A DNA stretch of 64,000 nucleotides from Cyanophora paradoxa CCMP329 (taxonomy: Eukaryota; Plantae; Glaucophyta). This document shows, one piece after another, positions 20,896 through 31,777 of this stretch (position 1 is the stretch's first letter; the number at the start of each line of letters is the position of its first letter). The stretch is taken from positions 1 through 64,000 of the forward strand of contig QPMI01000029.1 of the NCBI GenBank assembly GCA_004431415.1, read 5' to 3'. Both the position numbers and the translations under genes were made by a program. The notes below the pieces were generated by a model that was not told the origin of the DNA, ran no database searches, and saw nothing but the letters and a program-made list of their open reading frames with translations.

Positions 20896-22230
20896 ATGTC
20901 AGGGCTCCCCGACAACAGCAGCGAGCGTCCCGCCGGTCCCGCTCCGGCACCTCGCCGCACAACTCGCGCTTCAGCTAGCGCTACCATGACGGCCAGCAGC
21001 AGCCGTAAAACCACTTCCTCAGCAACTTTCGCGCAGGCAAGGCGGGGCTCGCGCGCTCCGGTCGCCAGCGACTCAGAGTCAGCCGCAGCACCTTCGGCAG
21101 TCTCCGGAGCAGAAACCAGCGCCTCCGAGCTCGGCGAGCGTCCGCATTCAGCACGCGTCCGCTTCGCAGGCATCGAAAGCCCGTCCCAGGCAGCCGGCGC
21201 CGCAAATTCAAAAATTTCGCGCCAGCGGCGGCGGCCAGCCCCGGCCGATTCGGAGACGTCCCAGCGCCTGGATCAGCTCACTCGTGCAATTGCACACCTG
21301 GAAGCCCGCCTCAGCGCTTCGCCCGCGGCCCCCGCGGCCGATAGCACACCCGCCGCGAAAATTGATCGCGAGCGCGGCTCCACCTTCCCCAGATCCCTCG
21401 GCGCCCCGGGCACGGAGCTCTCCGCTCGTCTCCTGAGCGGCGAGTACATTGACCTCCTTCCCCACGTTTTCCGCCCCGCTTTCTCCTCCCACCCGATCGA
21501 TAAGCCCGCCTCCGTCGACCCCACCATCTCCGCCATCCTTTCCGCGGCCGGCCTGCGCTCCGCCTCCGGATCCCCCTCCTCCTCCCGCAACCTCAACGCC
21601 GTCGACTTCGGAGCCTGCCTCGCCGCCCTCGGGGTGGCGGCGGGCCGGCGCGAGAACATGCCGGTCCTGCCCTCCGGCAAGCCGGACTTCGAGGAGTCGC
21701 ACCGCCGGCTGATCGAGATCTTCCTGCACATGTGGGAGATCTACTCGCTCGCCCGCCGGGCCCCGTGGGCATCAGCCTACGAGTACTCGGTCCGGATGCG
21801 GCGCCAGATCGCCGAGCGCGCTGACCGCTCCCGAGCGCACGATCTTGGCGACGGAGACTCAATGATTCTGAATACGACCGTCACCAACAGCGCCCCGCCT
21901 TCCGATGAGCCCGGCCCCCTCTCCGCCGATTTCTTTCGGCCCTCAGCGCACGCCGCGGCCCTCCCGCTTGGGCGCCCGAGCGCGTCCCGCCACGAGGCCC
22001 CGCGGCCCTCGGCGGGCGCCGCAGTTCGCCAGGACCCCCGCTACGGCGCCGGCCAGCCGGGGGAGGACGTCTGCTGGCTCTACAACAACGGGCGGCGCTG
22101 CGAAGGCTGCCGCCGCCGCCACGTCTGCGTCGCGTGCGGGCAAGCAGGCTGCCGCGACGGCGAGGAGCACGCGTGCCGGGCCGCGACCAGCCGTTCGCGG
22201 GACGGAGGCCGCTCGCGCGGCCCCCTCTGA
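20896..22230 (+). CDS. Gag-like ORF1 with C-terminal zinc fingers (444 aa)
   Basis: Intronless ORF starting 15 nt after the terminal repeat; coiled-coil RLDQLTRAIAHLEARL, GEYIDL motif, W..AYEY...MR, and CWLYNNGRRCEGCRRRHVCVACG...HAC, typical of Ngaro/DIRS ORF1. Confidence 0.8.
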   Translation: MSGLPDNSSERPAGPAPAPRRTTRASASATMTASSSRKTTSSATFAQARRGSRAPVASDSESAAAPSAVSGAETSASELGERPHSARVRFAGIESPSQAAGAANSKISRQRRRPAPADSETSQRLDQLTRAIAHLEARLSASPAAPAADSTPAAKIDRERGSTFPRSLGAPGTELSARLLSGEYIDLLPHVFRPAFSSHPIDKPASVDPTISAILSAAGLRSASGSPSSSRNLNAVDFGACLAALGVAAGRRENMPVLPSGKPDFEESHRRLIEIFLHMWEIYSLARRAPWASAYEYSVRMRRQIAERADRSRAHDLGDGDSMILNTTVTNSAPPSDEPGPLSADFFRPSAHAAALPLGRPSASRHEAPRPSAGAAVRQDPRYGAGQPGEDVCWLYNNGRRCEGCRRRHVCVACGQAGCRDGEEHACRAATSRSRDGGRSRGPL

Positions 22231-22359
22231 GCCCCCTCGCGCTCCGGCGCGGCCGCCGCCTCCCCCCAGCGGCCACTCCCGGCGCCCGCCCCGCAGGCTG
22301 CGCGCCTTCTCAGCCCCTCTCCCCTCCCATCTCCCTGCCAAGAACTCCTTCCCTGCAGC

Positions 22360-23251
22360 CCGCCCTGCCGGCCCTCCGGGCCCCGCGGCAGGCGCCGTCC
22401 TTCGCGCTGAGTTCGCGGGTCTACCCCGCCCCTCCGGAGGCGCCGCTGCCGCCTCCCCGCGCCCTCGCCCCGCCGGCCCCCCGGGCCCCACGGCGGGCGC
22501 TGCGGGCGCCGTCTCTCGCGCTGCGTCGCGGGTCTACCCGCCCCTCCGGAGGCGCCGCTGCCGCCTCCCCGCGCCCTCGCCCGCCGGCCCCCGGGCCCCG
22601 CGGCGGGCGCCGCCGGCGCTGTCTCTCGCGCTGAGCTCGCGGGTCTACCCCGCCCCTCCGGAGGCGCCGCTGCCGCCTCCCCGCGCCCTCGCCCCGCCGG
22701 CCCCCGGGCCCCGCGGCGGGCGCCGCCGGCGCTGTCTCTCGCGCTGAGCTCGCGGGTCTACCCCGCCCCTCCGGAGGCGCCGCTGCCGCCTCCCGCGCCC
22801 TCGCCCGCCGGCCCTCCGGGCCCCGCGGCAGGCGCTGCGGGCGCCGTCTCTCGCGCCGAGCTCGCGGGTCTACCCCGCCCCTCCGGAGGCGCCGCTGCCG
22901 CCTCCCCGCGCCCTCGCCCCGCCGGCCCTCCGGGCCCCGCGGCAGGCGCTGCGGGCGCCGTCTCTCGCGCCGAGCTCGCGGGTCTACCCCGCCCCTCCGG
23001 AGGCGCCGCTGCCGCCTCCCCGCGCCCTCGCCCCGCCGGCTCTCTGGGCCCCGCGGCGGGCGCCGCCAGCGCCGTCTCTCGCGCTGAGCTCGCGGGTCTA
23101 CCCCGCCCCTCCGGAGGCGCCGCTGCCGCCTCCCCGCGCCCTCGCCCCGCCGGCCCCCCGGGCCCCGCGGCGGGCGCCGCCGGCGCTGTCTCTCGCGCTG
23201 AGCTCGCGGGTCTACCCCGCCCCTCCGGAGGCGCCGCTGCCGCCTCCCCGT
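22360..23251 (+). repeat. Tandem array, ~8 copies of a 114-bp unit, within the 5' part of pol
   Basis: Anchor CTACCC at 22421, 22534, 22645, 22758, 22870, 22984, 23098 and 23212 (spacings 111-114); the unit encodes LPRPSGGAAAASPRPRPAGPPGPAAGAAGAVSRAELAG (38 aa). Confidence 0.95.
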
Positions 23252-26200
23252 TTAAAATCTCTTGCATTAGCACACAACACAACTACAATGAGTTTCACAT
23301 CGCCCAATAAATCTCTCCGACTAGATACTATCGAGGACCGTCGTATGCTGTGCTTTAGAAAGTACAAAATGAACGAAAGGTTTGAAGGTTTCGTGTCTAG
23401 ATATCTAGCTAAGGAGGTTTCTAACTAATACTAATGATGTGGAAGCTAGCTGTATCGATTTCTAAACCAACCTAAACTCCCGGCTACGAGGTCCTATCTC
23501 TACACAAGACTCCCAATCATGGTATGTCCGCCGCCAGCGCTGCCCAAGGGCCTCGCCGCGCCGTGTGCCAGGCTCCTCGCCAGCCCCAGTAGATTGGGCT
23601 ACTGGCCGCCTCCTGCCGTCGCCTCCGCCGCCTCCATTTGTTGGTGTTGCGTCCTCCGGCCCCGCCCCCAGACCGCAATCCCCAGTGTCTCCCTCTAGCG
23701 CGGGCGCGCCCTCTGTGTGCCCACGCCCAAGCATACCTGTTCGTATGGTCGTATACTTGCATGGCCGCTGAAGCCCGGACCCAGCCGTAGTCGTCTGGCG
23801 GGCAGCTCAGGTGTGAGAGGGCTAGGGTTTCCCCGCCTTGGTGGCGGGACTCGAGGGCACCGCACTCCCTGCAGCGTTCCCGCTGCCGGGGCTCCGGATC
23901 CGCGCGCTTCCTGCGAGCGTTGCCAGCCGTATCGTCAGGCGGCGCGTCGGCCTCGCGCCCGCGCGCCTCAGTGCGCTTCGCCTTGGCGCGACGTTCTTTC
24001 ATGACCTTCGTGATCCCGCACGCCTTCTCCCACTCCGCGTACGCCTGGCATCTGGCGGCCCACGTTTTATGGGCCTGCTCGCCTATGGCCGTCGTCAGCT
24101 TGCGCACGACCTGGGCAGCTTTCTTGGCGTCCGTGACGGTCTCGCGAATCATATCGGTGAGGCCCGCCGGGGGCAGCCCCCGTAGCACGCACATCTGCGC
24201 CTGCCGTTCAGCTGCCGTGAGCGTCGGGTCGTTTACTCTCGTGACCTTCAGGGAGCTGGAGAGCGCGTGTGGCACTGACCGCTTCTGCGCGCCTTCGAGG
24301 GCCTCGCTGACCGTCGCTGCGATGCGTGCTTCCGCAGCGGTGCGCGCCTCCGTCGCCACCGCGCTGGGGCAGGTGAGGACGTGCTCCAGCGTCTCCTCGG
24401 GCCCAGTCACAAGCTGGGGCCGGCCGTCGCCATCGATTTCCCGTGTGCTGCAGAGCGCACAGAGTCCTGCCGGGTTCACTTCGCTGTAGAGCTCGGGCGC
24501 GTCTCGCTTGCGGACGAGGGCCGTCGCCACCGTACCCAAAACGAGTTTCATGTGCGTACCCCGGAAGCAGTTGCTCTCTCGGCTCACTCCGACTCGGCGG
24601 GGCCCCATAGCCATCTGATCGTATACTGCGCCGTGATCCACTGGCAGCCGTAGCCACTCCCCGGCCTTGAGCTGGTTCGCCCACGCGAAGTGCGTGTGGT
24701 GCGCGTGAAGCACAGCGGCGTGCCGCCGAGGGTCGCCTTCGACTCGCCTGACTATCCCGGTCGGTCCCTCGATCGTCAGCACTGCCGGCATGCTGAACTC
24801 GGGCGGCAGGAAGATGTTCTCGTCCAGTTCCTCCTGTTCCAGGTGCGCGCCTTGATCGGCCGCTCTGTCGGCGGCGTCGTTTAGCTCGTGCATATCCTCG
24901 TCGCTGTGCGCCTTGACCTTGATAACCGCAGCCGGCCGCTGCCGATCCCGTCCCATCACCAGGGCGCGGAACTTGGACCACGCGTACAGCTCAGCGCTGC
25001 ACGTGTTCCGGATGTAGTCTCGCATGTGCATATCGTGCGCATTCAGCACGAACTTATCGAACCACGTGCAGACGTTCTGACTGTCCGTGTGCAGGCGCAC
25101 CCCCTGCGCCGCGAGCACGTCGGCGACGATCGCAGCCTGGAGCTCAGCCTTGTTGTTCTCTTGAAGCCCGCGCAGCCTGCCAACGTACGTGCCTGCCCAT
25201 TCCGGGTGGTTCGCCACGGTCCCGTCCGGGAACTCAGCCGGGCTCACGACGCCGAGGCCCGCGTGCGCCCCTTCCGTTTGACCCTTCTTCAGGCTCCCGT
25301 CCGTCCATATCCACTGCTCGAGTTTCCCCGGGCGACGGCCGAGCTTCGCGAGTTCCGCCTCTTCGATCTGCTCCCAATTTGCCAGCATGTGCTGCCAGTA
25401 AACGGTGAGGGTGACCCCTTCCTGCGCCGCCCGGGAGTCCCAGTGGCGCGGCGCTCCGCCCGCGTAGTAGAGTTCGCTCTGCTCTGCTGAATCTGACACA
25501 GGTTGTGCCTCGTCCCGCGGCTCGGCGCCCGGCGTCGCCGCCGCAGCCACTTCCAGCGCGGCCTGCAGCTCAGCCTCGGCCTCCGGGCTCAGCTGTTCGC
25601 GGAGGAAGCGCTCGTCACCATCCTGTACGGCTTTCACGCGGGCCTGGAGAAGCAGCGCCCTGCGTTTCTCGTCGTCTTGCGTGCGCAGGCCCGGGTCGTA
25701 GTACTCCAAGGTCGGTCGCAGGGCGACCTGCTTGCGCCCGCGCTTCGACTTCGTCTCCTGACCCGCCGCTACCGCCGGCGTCTCCTCCGTCGGTTCGCCT
25801 TCCAAGGCGAGGAGGGTATCCTCCTCCTCCCACCAGCCCTTCCCGTGCGTCCACGAGCCGTCGCACTGACTCATTTCGGGCAGCGCGATGGAGCATTGCG
25901 CGTGCACCGGTCGTCATGGTGCCAGTACTGCTTCCCTGTCCCTGCACCGCCGTGTACGTGCTCGTCCGCCCTCTATTTCGGGGTGCCGGCAGTGACCGTC
26001 GCACCGGCAGTAGAGTCCCTCTTTCTCCGCGTCGGGGTCCGCGCCCTTTGGCACCGGCACCCAGTGCTCCAGCAGGTACTCCGACGCTAATATGCTGCCC
26101 GTCTCGGATTTGAACGTAACGACTCGCCCCACGTGGGGCTCGGCAGATTCATCGTGCAGTTGCTCCGCCTCAAATACGGCTACGAACGCGTCCTTTGCCC

Positions 26201-29200
26201 ACTTCACCTTCCGGGCCCCGCCAGGGAGCGAGGCCATGGCTGACGTGCGCTCTCCTGCCCGCCGCATCGGGTGCCGCAGCTGCTTCCCATCAACCGCGAG
26301 CGCGTTCGCTACCTCACGCCACCACGCAGGCTCGCTCTTCTGCAGCGTCCCCTTGGGCGCGCCCATGTACAGGTCCTGCCAGGTTCGCAGGGTCTCGCCG
26401 TCCGCTGCCGTCACCGCGTCCATGGTCGTCACGCCCGCCCCGTACAGGGCAGGGGCCGCGACGCTGAAGACGGATCTTGGGATGTGCATTGCCACGACGT
26501 AGCGCCGGTCGAGGCGCTCCGGGTCAGGCCAAGGCTCCGCCCGGGCAAGGTGCGGAACGCCGCATAGCGCGCGTGATTCGACATCAGCCGGTACTTACGG
26601 CGCTGCATTTGCGGCATGATCGCCGCCAGGGAGTTCCCGCGGGCGAGTTCGCTGGAGATGGGCGCGTTTAGGAACTCGGTCGGGAGCAGAGGCACCCCAA
26701 GCTTCTCCTGCAGTGCGCGCACCCGGTGCCGTACCCCCCGAGCCAGCAGCGAGCCCTTGGGCGCGCAGAGCCGGATCTGAGCCTCTGTGATTTGCGCCTC
26801 CGCTTGCAGGTGGGCTGTTCGTTTGAGGCTGTACCCCCCGTGGCTCCAGATTGCGTAATTCGTCGTCGAGGCGGCGAGGTTCCCGTGGTGCTTGACGACC
26901 CTCATCCAAATACGATCGAGTTCCTGGCACTGACTCTCGCTCAGGGTCATGAGCTTCAGGCCGTACGAGATGCGGGCCTGCACTACGGCCTCGACAAGGT
27001 AGCAGGCCTCGTTCGCGGTGAGCTTCTTGCGTTCTATCAGCGCGACTGCGCCCCGCGCCTGATCGCAGATGTACTGCCACTGACGATCCCAGTTCAGGTT
27101 TGCGCTCATGTATACCCGAGGAGCTTGAAGTGCTCTTGGGGCTGGCGGACAAGTCCGACGGGGGTACCGTTGATCTTCGGCGGGAGGGCTGCTTCTCCTT
27201 CTTCTTCGCGGCGGGGTGGGCCCCAGGTTTGCTCTCAACTTCGCGACGTGCGTTGTTCCACGTGAAGATCGTCTTCTTCGCGTTGACCTCGATATCGTGC
27301 AGGCGGAAGAACTCGCCGGCCACGTCGGCCTGGGCCTGTAGCCCCGCATGCTTCCGCTCATCCACTTCGTGTCATCGGCGTACGCCACGCCGCTGACGCG
27401 GGCCCGGCCCTCGCGTTCCGCAGCATCGGTCTCCCTCGGGTTCCCCATCACGTACGCCGTGCCCGGCTCCTCCCAGCTCTCGGGTGGGCATAGTGCTCTA
27501 TCGTCTTTGCCGTCTTCTTTCCGTGCTGGCGCTCGTGCTGATCCAGGCGCTCTTGCGCGCAGAGGAGGGCATCGTAGAAGATCAGCCAGTGCAGCGGCGA
27601 CTCGACACCGCCCTGCGGCAGCCCGCACTCGAGCTCGAACTCGTCGGAGAGGCCGTGACCGGAGATTGCCCGCGCCCTGCGGCGCCGGAATATGTTCCTG
27701 TGGAGCTCGATGTACCCCTCGGGTACGTTCAGCCTCCGCATCGAGAGCTCCATGCTCTCCCACGAGACGGAGTCGTACGCTCGCCTGATATCCTGCAGCA
27801 GGATGTACAGGGGCTTCTTGAACTCCTTCGCGTCCTCGAGGACTGCGTTAAAGACGTGGAGGGCGTCGTCCGTCGAGCAACCAGGTCTGAAGCCGTAGTT
27901 GGCCCCTTTCAGGAGCCCGTTCTGATGGATTGTCCGGGACAGGCGCGCGTTCAGGAGGCCAGTGGTCAGCTTCAAGGCCACCTCCTGCAGGGTGATCGGT
28001 CGCAGGTTATTTTCGATATCCCCGTCCCACTCCCGGCTCTTAGTAATGCCGAGAATGTTGCCCTGACACACGGCATCCGGCAGGTCCCGGAGGCGGATCG
28101 CTTCAGCCACCAGCGAGAGCAGCAGCTTCCGGCCCCAGTGTACGGGCTCCTCTTCCGTGGCCTCCTCGGCGCTCTCGTCGGCTGGGCTCGGGCCCTCCGG
28201 CGCTGGGCCACCGGCCTCGTCGCCCTTACCGTCTTTGGGCTTCGGCTTGGGCACCGGCGCCCATAGGAACTTTACCATAGCATACGAGAAGTTCGACGGC
28301 CCGGCTGCCGTGTTTCTTAGCGTTTTAATGTAGTCGCCGAGCTCGCCTTCGCTCGGCACCGACATGTCGTTTCGGAATAGTTCAGGATCCGCGTATGCTT
28401 TTGGCTCGTATTCCAACCTCCAGAAGTCGAGCAGTTCTTTCCCCATGCTATCCTTCAGCGCGCTTTCCGGTATTGTCTCTGGGTGCAGCCCACGCGTGGG
28501 CGTCGGCGCCGGCACCATTTCCGCCAGTGCTCTTTTAGGAGTCGTTTCACTTCCTCAGGCTCCGTGTAGATTTCATACGTTTTTCCGTCCTTGGACACAC
28601 GCGTGATGTGCATGATCGGGCGGTTTCGCGGCTTTTCTAGCACCGCGGCTATATAGGATCCGAGCTGGCGGCCGTCCATGAACTTGTCTAGCCTCTCTTT
28701 TAATGCCCTCTCGACGTCCTCCGCCTGGAGCGCCCGGCGGATTTTCTGCAGGTCGTGCCGCGTCCGGTTTCGCCATACTTTCAGCTCCCGGAAGAAGGTC
28801 GCCCAGTCTTCTTTGAGCTGCCGCCGGTGCACCTCGGCCCAGTCCTCTTCCTGATCAGCCGGGGGGTACCTGGGGACCGGGGTACGGCTGGGACCGGCGC
28901 GGGCTACCGCTGCGCGAGCCTTGTGAGCTGTGCGAGCTCGAGTGCGCATGTGGGGATCCGGGCGGCGGTGAGCCTTGCTCAGCCCTTGCTTGGCGCCGTT
29001 CAGCCGGACGGAGCGGGAAGGGTCGGAGGCCTTCCCTGGCGGTCACGTAGTGCAGCAGCTTCTCGATCGCCTGGACCGTCAGCTCCGACGGGATCCCGCC
29101 TGGTTCCTTCCTCCAAGCAGCGAGAATGCGGGCGACTCTGGCGTCGGCCTTCGCCTGCCACGGCAGGTTGCGCGGCTTGGTCGGCTTCCCCCTCGGCCCC

Positions 29201-31757
29201 TCATGCATAGATGTTCCTTTGCCACCTCCTGAACAAGGCTCGCGCACGCAGCGTGGATGCGGCTCAGTCGTTCGAGACGCTCTTCCGGCGTGCCCTCGCC
29301 GACGGCGTCAAGGTCCGCCCCGACAGCTTCGCCGAGCTGCCTGTTTAGCTCTCTTTTCAGCTCATCTTTCTCGTTTTGTGTGCGCTTCAGGCCGTCCGGG
29401 TCAAATACTGGTGGCCCGGGTTTCGGTTCTGGCTTCGGTCCCACCGGCGCTGTCATGCCCGCCTCCTTCAGGTCGAAGTCCGCGAACGCTGGATAGTGGT
29501 CCGAGTCGTGCGGCGCATCGACCCACGCGGGGCACGTGTGCGCGCTGAGGAGCACGTGATCCAGTGATTCCGAGACCAGCACTGCATCGATGCGCGCCGC
29601 GTGCCAGAGCGCATCTTTTGGTAGGTCAGCCGGCGTTTCCTCCTCTGCTTCGCGTTCCGCGTCCTCTGACTCGTCTACGCCGTCTGACGGCACAGGTGCC
29701 GCCGCCGCCCCGACCGACGCCCCTTGGCCCTTGCTTCCGTGCGGGGTGCGGTGCGTGATCTCGCGTGCTCCGCAGAGAGTTCCGTCATCATGTTTCGCCG
29801 CGTGGGACATCCCGGCGTCGCGCAGGTCCCACGAGTCGATCATCGTGTGCCACCACTTCCGTTCGGCTTTGTGGCTCTGGGCCAGGGCGCCGTTTCGGAT
29901 GCGCGAGCTCGACGGGACCGGGACCGAGTTCCAGTCTCCCAGGAGCAGCAGGTGCGCGTTTTCACGCTCGTAGAAGTCGTCGTACATCTTCGTCAGTTCT
30001 TCGACGACCTTCTCCTGATCCTGGCGATGCGCAGCTTTGCTCTCGGACGCGGGCATGTACACGCTCGCCACGAAGAGCTGGAGGTTCCCTTTGAAGCGGA
30101 GCTCGAATCCGATCAGCCGGCCCTGGACCTCGTACTTCGTCGTGAGGTGCTTGACCCATTGCGGCGCGACCCAGAGAGCGGCGCCGCTCCCTCGCGTTCC
30201 GTCTCCTGATTTTAGCGTGTACAGGAGCTTTCCGTGCGTTATCGCGCCTTCCGGCTGGAGCGGGTCCTCCCCTCTCGACCTCAGGGCGGCGGCCATCTGG
30301 GGCCTTGTCATCGACAGCTCCTGCACGCCCGCTACATCGACGTCCCAGCGGCAGCAGAATTCTTCTAGCTGCTGCAGCTTGTAGGCGCTGGACCCTCTCG
30401 TGTTGAAGGTCATGGTCCTCAGCACCCCGTCCGGTTTCTGCTTCCTGATAGCCGGCTCGTCCCCTATGAAGTCGCCACCTTCGGGAACAGTCTGGGGGAA
30501 AGACATTCTCCAGACGGAGCGTCGCAGCCGCCGCGGGTCCCGCGCCCCCGGCCTTCTTGTTCAGCTGCAGCTTGGTTGCATTTTGTTTCTTTTGGCCCGT
30601 CGGCTTGCTGCCGGACGCCTTTGTAGGTGGGGCTGCTTTTGCCGCGGCGGGGCCGCGGCCGCAGATTTAGTTTTCTTTTTCATTTAGTAACATTAGATGC
30701 GTGGACTTTTTGCATCCCAGTGCCCCGCGGATGTGCACGGGAAAGCTATGACCTGCGGGGCAGATACCGGTGGTGCGGTTGACAAGGCCTGAGCGGGGAG
30801 GTTACAGGCAAGCTTAAGCCTGCTAGAAGTGAAGGGATTCTCATTGTCAGAGCACAGAGCACAGAGGGAGCACAAAGGGCGGTGGCTAGCGATGCTCATG
30901 ATCAAATCTAGACGCCGGCTAGCGCTGCGGCAACGGCCGCTTGCTGGGGGCACGCGCATATGCAGCCGGGCGGAGCGCGGGGCCAGCGACGAGGTCAAAA
31001 GGGCTTCCTCGGACAAGTCTTCGACTTGCAGGTCGTACTGGCTATGGTCTGATAGCGACGCATGCGCAGCTGGGCTGCTCTGCGCAACGAAGACGTGAAC
31101 GTCAACGTGCAATCTCGAGGGCAGCAGGGATTCGTCGGCAGCACTTCTTTCAGAGACTAAGGCGGCATCCGGGGCGCGGCGTGGTCGCCGGCAGGAACTG
31201 GCATGGATCGTTTGCACTGCGGGCACGACTGAGTCGCCGGAGCTTGACCCGGGGCCGGGAAAAGCTCGATCGGCGAAGAGACATTCCGAATCACGACTCG
31301 AAAGTCGGAGATCAAATTCCGTGGGCGCCCGGCGGGCCACCGAGCAACAAGCGAAATCCCGGCGGGCCGAACGGACGTACGCGGCGGCGGCGGGGATCTA
31401 AGTCTATGTTTTAGAGGGTCTGGGCATGTGCACGCCGCCGCGAGGGAGCTTGCGCAGGCAGCGGGGGCACGAGAACTATTCAAATTTCGGGAACATGGCG
31501 CGCGCCAGAGGGCTTCCCCTGACTGAGAACAACTTCTATTCCATGGATTTGGTGGCGAAAGGTCCGATTTTAGAGCGAAACGCGAGAGGACGGCCGGCAT
31601 ACCTCCATCTCCGGAATTCCGTTGATGTCGATACCACCGGGCGCGCCAGGGGCTACCGAATGCTTCTACGCTAGCCGCTGGTCCCGCCGCGCTTTTGCAC
31701 GAGCAGGAAAGACGTTTTCAGGAAGCCCCCTTTTTTTGGGGTACACGAAAACTCTTT
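23252..31757 (-). mobile_element. Non-LTR retrotransposon (LINE), 8.5 kb, nested antisense within the Ngaro-like pol
   Basis: APE, RT, RNase H and CCHC domains on -; flanked by CGCCGCTGCCGCCTCCCCGT at 23232-23251 and 31758-31777 (19-20-bp TSD); the host repeat unit and reading frame resume after 31777. Confidence 0.92.
23517..30683 (-). pseudogene. LINE polyprotein (APE endonuclease - RT - RNase H - CCHC zinc finger), ~2400 codons broken by several frameshifts
   Basis: APE: MTFNTRG, VAGVQE, LLGDWNS, RIDAVLVS, SDHYP (29079-30506). RT: LRPITL, NYGFRPGCST, QDIRRAYDSV, GLPQGGVESP, AYADD (~27350-28520). RNase H: WTDGS, NNKAEL, HTDSQ, KVKAH, NDAADRAA. Zn finger CALC...ETLEHVLTCP (23517-25907). Frameshifts may be sequencing errors. 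Confidence 0.9.
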
Positions 31758-31777
31758 CGCCGCTGCCGCCTCCCCGT

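Noticed and set aside
22360-23251. Regular repeats as a CRISPR array
   Set aside because: The units are contiguous 114-bp copies with no unique spacers, in a eukaryotic context with no cas genes.
23517-24300. Dualen/RandI-type restriction-like endonuclease at the LINE C-terminus
   Set aside because: No PD..D/E.K motif is recognisable after the CCHC finger.
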